From Balanoglossus misakiensis (Eukaryota; Animalia; Hemichordata): a stretch of DNA of 64,000 bases. Both the position numbers and the translations under genes were made by a program. The stretch covers positions 5,674,209 through 5,738,208 of the forward strand of contig CM082592.2 in assembly GCA_040954595.2 (NCBI GenBank), given 5' to 3'. Every line of letters starts with the position of its first letter. The stretch's first letter is position 1. Below the pieces are notes generated by a model, which worked only from the letters and a program-made list of their open reading frames with translations, did not search any database and was not told the origin of the DNA. Below, in pieces: positions 13,845-26,200 of this stretch.

Positions 13845-16800
13845 AAATACATACATGTACTATGATACATACAGACGCTGTCACTCACATACCCAGTATA
13901 ACAGCCATTATTTATGTGTACTGCACATTTGTGTCATTAATGGCAGATTAAAAAAGTTTCCCAGTAGAATTACATAGGTCCTGTTACTGCCGTTTGTATG
14001 CAAATAACTGTGTGGTATCTGTGTATCTCATGCACAACAAAGTGTGACCACTGTCACATAAATACAAAAGTGGGAATGTTTTTTTTAAAAACAACAATAA
14101 TTCATCAAGGCAATTTGTCACTTTACTCAGTGTTTCCAGTTATTGGACTATCAGATCCAGGGGCCATTTCAAAGAGGTAGCTTTTCAGACCCAGTGAAAA
14201 ATAGAGCTTGAAATGACCTCACAATTTGACCCCTAGCTGCATGCATCTTCCGCAAATACAAAAGCAGCCATGTAAATTTAAAAGCTAAATTGTACTGAGA
14301 TGGCTTATAAACCTGCAGTACACTCACCCATGTACAAATTATATGTTGGCTGTGTTGTAGCTGATAAGGGACTGGTGCGCAGAAGAACACAGTGCAGCGC
14401 CATCCCCGGAAAAAAAAAATCCACACATACTCGGCAGCACTGCATGAAAATATATCATGTTATTATCCCCCCCCCCACCCCCACCCCTTTGTGTATTAAA
14501 CTCCCTGTTATATTACTCTCTCTTCCTTTTCTCTCATTAACCAACAGGCTGAGAGTGAGCTTGCAGCTCTACGTTCACTTCATGAGAAGGTAGATTCCAT
14601 CAACAAAATCTCAGTGTTCTTTTTCAATCTCTCTCTCTCTCTCTGTTTTTCACTCTCAACCTCACTGTAGTGATTCCGATCCATAATTTTAAAATTTAAA
14701 GAATTTAAAAAAAATCAGATCAACAGGCCTTACTTCTTTGATATGTAGCACTATAGAAGGTTGCAGTAAGATAGCACTGTAGTAGATTGTAGTGAGATTG
14801 TAAGCACATGCTCTTATTTTCAATTCTGCAAACCTGGCACTCTTAGAAGGTTCAAACTGATACTCGATTGGTGGATTGCATCGTATTTGAATATTCAGGC
14901 ACTCATGAACCAATAGTCAGCTTGCTTTCAAAATGACAGATGTCAAACACATGTCCCCCAACCATGTCAAATACAATGTACTATGAAGTGACTTGCTGTG
15001 TGTGTTCGTGTTCGTTCAGCTGTCTGCATAAGAAATTAATCTCACCACTCCAGAGCTTCAATATTTCTGTCCTTTTACTAACAGTCTAATGTTTTGTAAG
15101 GCTGTACCGCCGGCAAATAAAGACTTAGAGTGTTGTAGGGCTGTTGAAAATAAGAGCATGTGTTTGGTTTGTGTTTTTATGGTGACAGTGATTGGTTTGT
15201 TTCTAGTATTAATGTTTGTTGCTGTGAATTACGTTGACAATGACTTGTGTTACTGGGTTGATGTTTATTTGATATATTTTGTCCCCTGAAATGTTGTTTT
15301 GATATTTCGTGTACTTTTGTGGCAGTAAGGTTGATTTTGATGTCGTTGGGCACAAAGTAACCCTTTCATTGAAAATACTACTGTGAACAGCTAAATGCAG
15401 TATGTGGTGTATCTTTAAAGAAACCCACACAAAATTTCTAGATGTTGGTGTTATTTTGTGGGTGGCACCTGTTATTGTTGGTTATTGTTGGTTAACTTAT
15501 GATATAAAAGTGGTTGATTACTAGTTGTAGATAGATAGATAGATACTGTTAAGTTTAGGGTTTTGGTGATTGGTTACCACTGGTAGATAGTTATTGTACT
15601 TTCTTGATCATTAGTAATAATGGTGGTAAGTAATTGCAGTATTTTTTTATGTTGTCATAAGGAGTTGTATACTGGTTTACCAATAATGTCAAAAAGGCCG
15701 CTGTGAAGACTTTGCAAATATGAAGGCCAATGTTCAGTCAAAAATGTATGTAAATCACAGTTAAATTCAAAGCAAAGATAGTATCAAGACATACTCATTT
15801 CTAATTTTATTTTGTATGATAGTTTGTGAAGGAGTCGGAGAGTAACCGTGACTCGTTGAAATCGCTTGTGGAGTCGGCGGACAAGGAGAAAATCGAATTA
15901 CTGCAACAGTTAGAGGAGGAAAGGAGGTGAGTGGGACTTGAAGTGAGATTTTTGGGCCGTCCACTTTCATTAACCCACAGTAATATTTTTCTCCCATGTA
16001 CATTAACATTGTATTCATTTATTAGGAAAGTGGAAGATCTCCAGTTCCGTCTTGAAGAAGCTGCAATCAGCAAAGATGATCTCAAGGTAAGTGAAATGGC
16101 GATTGTGAAGTTTTTGTACTGTGAAGTGACATACAAGCATTCGCTGAGTTTCATTTGCACTGTAGAATTATAGTGGTGATAATGTATGTTCTGTCTATTT
16201 TAGATTATGAGTTGCCACTTTAATGGAAATGTTTCAAATCTGTATTGGATGTTTTAAACAAATACAGGCATTTGCACATTGATTCAGTTTGTGCTGTGGA
16301 TGGAGGGGTTTCTTCAGTTAAATGTGAATTGAATCTAGACTCAACATCTCTGTCTCTCTTCACACTGAAAGGCTGCGAGTCAAGAGGAATTAGCCAGGGT
16401 GAAGACACTGGAGGATAGGTTAGTGGAAGAGAACAAGAGAGCCACAAGACTGCAGGAAGAAGTGGACGGTTTTAAAAATGTACTCGATGAGAAAGATTTC
16501 AAGATTGCCGAGTTGGAGATGGAAGCGTCGACGTACACAGAGCAGATAGATGATCTGCAGTCCAAGTGCAGAGCGGCCGAGGAGCAGATAGAACAGCTGG
16601 AGTCCTCCAAGTTAAAAGACAGCGACCTCGGCGAAGAGATCAGACAGAAGATCGCCAGGATAAAGGAACTGGAGAGTGAAGTACTTGCAGCCAGTAAGAA
16701 TAAGGCGGATTCAGAGAGCAAAATATCTGAGGTGGTAGGTACCCTGACTGCTTACTACATAACAGTCGCAATCAGTTTCCCCCAGAATCTCAGTGTGACA

Positions 16801-19800
16801 GACAGGACAGTTGTTCAGAAATTATAAATGCTTGGCGTCCTCTATAAAGTGATGAGCTGTAATAAGGTGAAATGGGTCTCTTTCTTGACATTGACAGAGG
16901 TCTGGATATTGGCATATTTTAAATTTGTAATATGTCAATCTAATCTTCTGTGCGATAGATCAACTTAATAGCACCAGAAATCTCATGTCTTTGTTTCCCT
17001 TTTTTGTACATAAACAGAAAGAGGAACTTCAAGAATCAATTGTTTCCAGACAGAAATTGGAATCGGTTATCGAAGGTAGGCATTACTTAGTTTTCTGAGT
17101 GATGCTTTCTCTCCTGCTCAAAGTAATTTTGTTTCTACATTATGTCACTTGTATCTGTTCCTTCTCTTCACATTTTCCTTAATATATACACTCGCAAGAT
17201 ATGACAGCTAGGAACATTGTTGACATTTGACACAGAACAGGAGATTGTCTATTGAGCCATGACACCACTTAGTTCTTACAACCCAATCTGTTATAAACTT
17301 GGAACGTCTGATAATTTCTTTTTTCAGATTTGCACAGTAAATTGAACACCAAGGACACGGCCATGAAGAACGTTGATAAAGAACTGCAAAAAGTCAAGGA
17401 ATCGTTTTCTGAACTCCAACGCCAGCTGAAATCCAGTGAAGAAAAATGTGAACATTTGTCAAAAGACAAAGGCAAATTGGTAAGTTGAAATATACTCAAT
17501 TCATAGGGATGATACATAATTGACTATACATGTACTGGGATAGTAAATGTTACCATATGTTCATGCATCAGATTTTCCTGTGTTCATGTATTGTACAATC
17601 TATTGCCACTATAGTATCTTGGTATTATTTTTTCCACAATGTTGTTACGTTCAAATGATTTGTCATATTTTGGAAGAAAATAGAAATCTTGAAAGAAGTA
17701 ACTTATAAAGGAACATGTATCTTACCATTGTAGTAACTCTGTTTCCTTTATCTGTCTATTTTCCAAGGAATCTGAAATTGCTGAAATGATGCAGAATTCA
17801 GGAGACAGTTCACAACAACTCAGTCTTCTCAATGAACAATTGAGAGCCAAAGACAGGTTAGTCACAGGAACATTGTTCTTTCATCTACTGAAATAGCTGT
17901 TGAATTTAGTACAGAATGTTGAGAGAAATCTTCTGTCTATAGATGTCAATGACTTCGTGGGCTTTAAGTCAGAGTGCTTTGTTTTTTGATCACTTTGAAC
18001 AGGAAACTGGAAGAAATGCAAGACTCCATGTCTCAGGCCTCGCTGACCATCAGCAAACTGAAGGACACAGCGGTGCAGTCTCAAGAACAGACCAAGAAAG
18101 AGATCGCAGCCCTGAATGACAAACATGAAGAGAACATGAACGATATGAAGGGAGAGATCGACAGAATGGTAAGTGACTGTTAGGGTGTTGTCATGGCAGA
18201 TATTCAGATATTTTCCTGTTATGATGAAGTGCAGCTGTGAAGATTTTGAATTTGATAGGTTCGTTCATAAGAAATTTGCAGGCCAGTCAGATATTGTGTA
18301 GGTTTACTTCTGGGGTTGAGAAAATTTTGGGTGGTGTCAAGAATTTCTGTGAGAGGATGATGTGAGTTGGTGCTATAACAGTCCAGGCAAATGTTCTTGA
18401 AATGTATCCTTACAAGTGCCATATTTTAGATAGTGTGTGTAGTTTCCTTTGCAGTGGATAGAACAATCCATTCGTTGACATTTGTTAAAACACTCCACTT
18501 CCTAAAAAGATAATGTCGGAGAATTGTGAAGACTTTGGTTAGGATTGTATAATTTGTGACTTCTTTATTCACCATATGTGCATACTATGTACAGCTGATA
18601 GAAGAAGTTTGGAGGTTAAGGTGTTTGGGTTCCATTTTGTGAAAGCATGCATATTATTGTCAGGTTGAGCTGTGAGGCCTAAAGTAATGCATGCAAATGC
18701 TAAATGCATCATCATTGGCAAAGGTGTGTTAATAATGGGTTGGCGTAGAAAGTAGTACTTGTACTGCTGCATATTAGTTTTTAAGACATTCATTGTCAAG
18801 ATCAGTACAAAAGAGTGAGTGAAGAAAATGGGTTGTACAGAGAGAATGCATGCGGTTTTGCATAGCAAATTATGAACGAATATATAGACTGACCTTTAGT
18901 GCATACTGGTGGTTTAGCAATAGTGGTGATGTATTCATATGTGAAGGTGAAATCGTAGAGGGGCTGTGGTTTTTCTCCACTACAAATGTCACTTGCTCTC
19001 AGCTGCACACAGACATGTCGACCACACAGACTCATCAATCATGTGCATGCGCATATACAAATCATCACATCCTTTATTCAAAGCTTACTTTCAGTATCTC
19101 TTTCTGCTTGCCTAATAAAAAAAGAATTTGGCTGCAAAAACTCTCTCTGTAAACATTTTGCAATTTTTCTCTCAGTATTTTAGTCTTCTTTTAAATGCTC
19201 TCATTCAGTTTAAGTGTCTAAAATATAATGATGCAGAATTTCACAGCATCTAGCTATCAGCATCGCTCTGCAATATCATGCAAAAAAATGCTCAGATTTT
19301 TCCCTGCTATTGCTCGGCTATTTTAGTCATCCAGCAGCATGATTATTGACGACATTTTCATGGATGTTTTCAATTATTTTTTTTTTACTCCATCAGGACA
19401 CAGAGGAGGTTACCTACCTCTGAGCACTGTAGTTTCTTTTAGTAGTCGTTCTTTACCACTTAGTTTCCTTTCTTCACCCCCTCCCCACCCCCAATTTTGT
19501 TCTAAACACACTGTTCTTTTTTTTTAAACTGTATACATTATACTTACATTAGCGTAGTATCTTTTTCAAATCAGCATGCGCATGGCTACTCATCCTGAAA
19601 AAACAAAAAATCCCAGTCTCACGCCAAAAAACACTCGTCACCATCTTTATATATACCACACGTTCCTCTAAGTATTATTATTTTCTTCGGTTAAAATTGA
19701 CACCGCCTTTTGTTGGGTAAAATTTTGCTTTCTCGAACTGTAGCAATCTGAGCTGCAGAAATCCCAGGCCAAGATAGCCAGGCTGACGGAAGCGCATTCC

Positions 19801-20155
19801 AGGGAGAGAGAGCAGCTTGAAGGCAGTCGGAGCCGGGATGTGGAGGAGCTGGCCACAAAGCTTGCCAAGAGGGAGGAGGAGTTCAAGGAGTTGTCCGACC
19901 AACACAACGCTTTTAACAAGCTTATTGAGCAGCTGTTGGCAGAGAAGGAGAAGTTCAAGGTGAGAGCAGGGGGTGGTCGGTGATGGTCGTGCAAGTGTTT
20001 CACAGTCTGTCTGCTGTGGGTGTATTTGTGTGACTTTGACGACAGTCTGAAGTTGGCTCTGAGTACAGTTATACAGGTTACTGCTGGCATATAACATCAA
20101 TACTAAAGTGAATCATGTCAGTCACTAGTAATAATAATAATCATCATCATCATCG

Positions 20156-20218
<63 letters not shown>

Positions 20219-23200
20219 CCACCACCACCACCACCATCATCCTTATTTCGAGAACCAGCTCATATAGTAAAAAAAATGACACAGAAGATAGATGTCACCA
20301 CTACGATAATATACATGTACTGTACTTTAAATTGCATTTTACTGATTTTAGAATTTGTTTTAAATTTTATATTTAACAAATCAGAATGAGAAAGAGAAGA
20401 CCCAGAAAGCATACAAAGCAATGATGAAGGATAGAGACACCTTGAAGGAAGAGAAGGAGAAGGCGTTAGTGGATATTGCCAAACTTGAGGGTCAACAACA
20501 ACTGTTTCAACTCGAGAAGGACCACGCAGGGAATAAGAAGAAACAACTGATAGAGGAAAAAGAAAGGATTGAAGAAGAGAAGAATAAGGTATGCATTTTG
20601 TTGGTCATAGGAGTGCCTGTGTTAGTACAAAATGGAGGCAGATCTGGAATTTCAGTGTTTACTAATAATAATTCAGTGTAATACCATGTATGACTTGAAG
20701 GCACTTTTACATTATTTCACATCATGCTGTCCCCCTAGACAACTGTCACTCTGAATCCAGAAAAAATGCGAAACCACCCTCTTACTTCCCTTCACCCATA
20801 TGCCACCAAACTGTGGTCCAGCCCCATTGCCGTCAACAGCATGGTCGGACCCACGCACCAGAGACACGGGGTGATCGGCTTGATTTTCTTCTTCCCCCCT
20901 ACAGATATCCAGAGAACTGGAGGAGTCCAAGAACACGCACAAGCAACTGCAGGAGCAGAGGGACATAGCCATGAGGGAGAAGAACGAGGCCATCGCCAAG
21001 AGCCAGCAGAGCCACATGAAAGCCGACGCCCTGGAGGAGGAGGTGGAACGTCACAGAAAAGAAGCTGAGAAGTTGAGGGAGATGCTGAACAAGACCAAGG
21101 AGGAAAGCCAGCAGGGTGTGCAGAGCATGTCCGATTTACAAACGCAACTGTAAGTTGTCTGTTACAGTCATTGGTTTTTGTAGGGATAACAGTTGTCTGT
21201 GTGCGCATTAATACAGAGTGTGGGATCGATTTGATCCCACACTCTCTATCCCACACTCCCAGCGGCCAGGAGTGTGAGAAATGAAAGTTCATACCAGACT
21301 TAATGTTGGAGGTACGCTACTGAGGAGTGGGATAATTGTAAACGATATAGTTTGCTGTTGCTGGGGGGGGGGGGGGGGGGGGGCTTGTCTGTCAGAAAAA
21401 TATATAACGAGAAAAGCTGTTGGAAAGAACTGTATGTATAAGATTATTGTTGTCCCACAATCCATGTACATGTACATGTGTGTTAAAATGATAATAGACA
21501 AATCAGATTTCTGTCGGCGTTCTTAGTTTCCCTGGCGTGGCATGAGTGTGATTCCATAAACATTTCATTTGCTGGTTTTGCAAACTGTCTCCCTTATTTT
21601 TTGCTCCTTTTATGAAGCTGTAAAAATCACTGCTTTTTATGTTTCTTATATATTTTATTTTTTCGTTGTGCATCAACCCACCATTGGTGTTGCAGTGAAG
21701 GGGCACATCAACTTTTGGAAGCCACAAAACGGAAAATGCTAGAAATTGAGACGGACAAGAGCAACGTCCAGAAAGAACTGAGAGAATACCATTCTGTTAA
21801 GGAAGAGAAACAACAGGTAAAGGTTTCACAGAACGGTGCTTTTCATTTCAGTTTTAGTAATAGTGGTCTAATTTCTTTTTTTTAAGAAAAAAATTGCATG
21901 GTGGTCAATTATTTGGGCTGGTGAGTCTTGTCTGTGGTGCGATGTTAATGTTTTGCGTTTTGTTTAAGTATTGGTTGGTTGTACATTTGTTGTAATGCAT
22001 GTGTTGGCTGTGGATGTGATGTATCTGTCATCTTTCTTGTGATGCTATTCATGTTCCATGCCATGCCAGGTCATCTAGAATAGATTGTCAGGGGAAATTA
22101 GGAAGTCTTGCAATAGTGAGATTTCTGAGACCTCAGATACCAGAATTGTAGTCGCTCCGAGTGTTAAGCTCTCCAGGTTATCTGAGGACAAGTCAAGCTT
22201 GACACTGAATGGCAGTTCTCTCTTTCTGGTGTCAGTAGCACCATTTTTCACATTTCTTCAATTTGTATCTCCTTACGATAAATGCAGGAAGAATTCCACT
22301 TCTTCGATGAAGGCGCAGGTTCGTCAAAGACACCTTCAGGGTTGCCCCGATACTCGCATTTTGGACTTGTCTGTCGCATCATATAACATCACCAATCACA
22401 GCCTTTTTGCCCATGTGTCCATCTGTGCAATGGTCTTGTACTACAATGTATTTAGTTTTTACTCATGCAAGCTGTGTTTTTTTATCAATAGTAGCTGCAA
22501 TTGTATGTAATGCCTATGGATATGCTGATTTCATTTCTTTCACTTTGCTTCAAGTTATTATGTCAGTGTGATGTTCCCCAGGGAAAAAAATTATTAAATG
22601 GCCTGGCATGGCATGGTATTTGTAATTTTTTGTCATCTCACTTCTGTGTTTTGCTTCACGCGTCGACCCTTTCACCCCTATTTCCCTGCACATGGATCCA
22701 CCCCTGTGCTTTGGAACAATATAGGAACGGACCAAAGTCCAGCGGTGGAAAGGGGTGAAAGGGTGGAACTGTCTCTTGTGGATTTTTTGGTGTGACTGAC
22801 TGCTAGCTCTTGTCTTTCTTGTTCCATTTTTTTGTATCTCAGCTTGAAGAGGCCCACACCATTTTGAAGAACCAATTAGAGGAACTAAAGAAAAGGTACT
22901 GCACTTCTTACACATGGTTTCCGCCCTGCGTTTGACGAAAATAACTGACCGTGGAAAGTACCGGTAGTGCATCTAGCAGTAGCCCCAGATCTTAGTATTA
23001 ATAATTATGTGTACAGTGTGTGCCCCCTCCCCCTCCCCAGGACCACCCCACCCTCCCCTACACATGTACGTATATCCTCCCAATCTCATCTGCATTGCTT
23101 CCACTGCTATGCATTGATACATGTACATGTATGCCTGTGTGTATGCATTGAGAAAGAACTGTGAAATGTTAATTTGGACATACAGTTCTCTCATTCAGAA

Positions 23201-26200
23201 ATACTGGCCTCAACAAACCATTAACTGTCTGCATCTTGTATGTTACAAGTACGTGTATATCATAGCATATATCATTGGATCTGTGTGACTGTGTTTTACT
23301 CTGTGTGAGTGTTGTAATGTACCTGTAGATCCATACCCTACATTTTTGTAGTGTACCTTACAGTACCTCTGTGTTTCAGTCTTTGTGTAAGTAACGCATA
23401 ATCTGTCATCTGTCAAAGTACATTGTAAATGAACTCCATGTCTGAGATGTCGCTTGTCTCTGAAACATAATCATTATACAAATGTAACCGCTTGCTGTCA
23501 GCATCGGTTATTCAAGGTATGGTAGTAAACATCTCAAAACTCAAAACCAGTAAAATCTGAATAGCTTGTGTTTTGATGGTTTTAAAAAATATCCCTGGTC
23601 TTTTAATAGTGACAAGAATGTAATCTTGTAATTGATTGATATTTTTAGAAATAGAACAGAAATATTGCTGTGCATTTCTTGTCGCCATTGTCAGGCTAGA
23701 CATACTGCCAAGGAGTAACAATATACCACCAGGGCTAACATTTTCCATATATAATCTCTCTTATTTTTTTGGACATTTTCTTCACTTTCTCTTCCATGAT
23801 GAATGCTAACACACACTGTCATGTCATCGGTAAGCCAAACTTCTCTCGTACATTTGTTCTCAGCTATTTACCTGTGCAAGCCCCTACAGTGGCACACAGG
23901 TTTTCTTTTTCTTTTTTCATTCAGTCTGCTGCCAACTTGCTGCACAAACCACACATCCAAACTCGCCTGGCAGGTTTGTGTGTGATGTGCAGAGAGCTAT
24001 AGCCTAGTTGCAGTGTGAAAAAATCAACTTTTCGTTGTGTGAAATTTATCATCTGATGGATCTTTCTTTGTTACCTGTGCGTGTTTTCTAACTACCTTCC
24101 TCTTGGAAAACCCTGTGCTTGTTAGACCAAGTTGCATGCAAAAAAAATCACACTATCTACTACTCCTAGGGTAGTCTAGTTTTCTGTTACCGTAGTCAGA
24201 GACTGAGCAAGGCAGAGAGAGAGGCCAGAGTTCACAGCTAGCAGGCCAAAGGTCGCAGCTAGCATGTCAAAGGTCACATCTAGCAGGTCAAAGGTCATAG
24301 CTATCAAACACCACAAAACAGTCACATTCAGTGGGATGTTTTTAGCCTTCGAAACGGCCACCAACCTTTGCTCAGAAATCATCACTCTCCAAAATATGCA
24401 TGCATGCATGACAGTGGTATATAACATGACAGAGTAACATACAGTTTGACAGCATCTTGATATGATCTCGCCCCGGACCACGTAAAGAATTCTGACTGCG
24501 TTCCTCTTTTTGTCTTTCTGTCTTTCTCTGTCTTTGCCTATCTCTCTAGTGACTAGACTGGACCTGCTTGAAGTGGGTGTAGTTGCCATGTGTGATAACG
24601 TGATGAACTAACGCTAAACCTCTTTGTAAAAAGCGCACCAGCCAAAACTATCAGCAGGTAGCCCTCCCTACTCTTACAAGTACTAACTGTCCATGCGTCT
24701 CGCGCTTCACTTTTATTTTCTTCCTTTGTTTTTTCCCCCTTTCCCATCAGCTGGTAATTCACCTGCAGTGACTGTGTGTCAGCCACCTAGCGCATTTCAC
24801 TCAGTATTTTGTTTTCTTGTAAATTTTCTTTGCAGCTGCGAATGTCTTGTCAGTGTGAATATGTGCTCTGTCTTGTGCATTATTTTGTACATCAAATAAA
24901 AATGTGATAATGCTTGCTAGAGCTAGGAATTTCCGTGTTCTCGTGCACTGTATGAATTGTAGCAAAAACCAGGTGAAGGAATTATTTTCTTTGTGTTTTT
25001 GCAGCTGTCTTTGTGATAGATTTAATGATGACTACTATTAATGTGTTATTTTACAAAACTTTTAGTCACAAAATAGTGATACAGTAGCATTATTGTGTAT
25101 GTGAAGGTTGAATAATTAAGGGTCTGACAGTCAACAGCACTGTTTAAGCACCCTTCTACATGTATGTCCTTGTGAGCACTAATACATGTGAAAATTTTAC
25201 ATAAGATATTTTGCCAATTACTGGTATATGTATATGTGTACTTAGCTGTGATTGGCTAAACTCTTTAAGTCTTATCCCTGCCACAGTACAATCAGTATCA
25301 TTGGCTGGTTGAATCAGCCATGATTGGGTCTGGGAATCAACCTGCCAATGTTATAAGCTATATTGCCCCAAATCCATTTAACAATACAGGTATCGATATT
25401 TGTCTTTTGTGGATCATTTGAAATTTGTCTTGTCAATTTGGCTGAAAAACTAGAAGAGTAATTAGTTTATATAGAACATTGAAAAATCAAAAGAATATTG
25501 GAAATTTCTTTCTTGGCATAAATTTCTACTGTTGACCCGTAATGATAGTTATCTGTTTATCAAATATGGTGGTCCCATTCTCACAATTTTGGTCTGTTTT
25601 TTCTCCTCAGGGAAAACAATCTTAGAAAGGAATTTAGTAAAGAAAAGGAATCTTTACAAGACACTTTAGATGCTACCAATTCATTAATTTTACAAAAGGA
25701 GAAGGAGATAGAGAAACAGAAAAATGAGGTGAGTTATTGTAAGAATTTAGATTTTGTCTGTCCTTGTGAAAGTTGACAAGTTGGACATAATGGGTTTGTA
25801 TCGTGCAACTTACTAGATCTAGTAGTGCCAACTCAACTCCGCAGAGCACGTGGGATTTCAGAGCCAAGTTTTGTCCATTGCAAAAATATAAATACGCCAA
25901 ATCAGATCTTAATAATAGTGCTAGCATTTTGTTTTGAATTACAAATATTGTAATTTTTTTCTGCCAACAGATCACTTGCCTAAGAGGAGAGAATGCCATC
26001 GCTAAAAGTTACAAAGCCGCAGTAGAAAACTTAGAACAGGACAAATATAAATTACAACAGCAAGTTGATGAACTGCAATCATCACTGACAGAGGCGAGGA
26101 GAGCTCAAGAAATAGCAACTCACAACAATGCCAATACATCCATCAGTAGCACCGATGACATGAACGGTAAGCTTGGTGTTCTGAGCAGGGAGCTATAATG

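Noticed and set aside
22725-22754. 30-nt in-frame exon candidate ([10 protein letters not shown])
   Set aside because: Weak donor, and it lies inside a MITE that explains the local composition.
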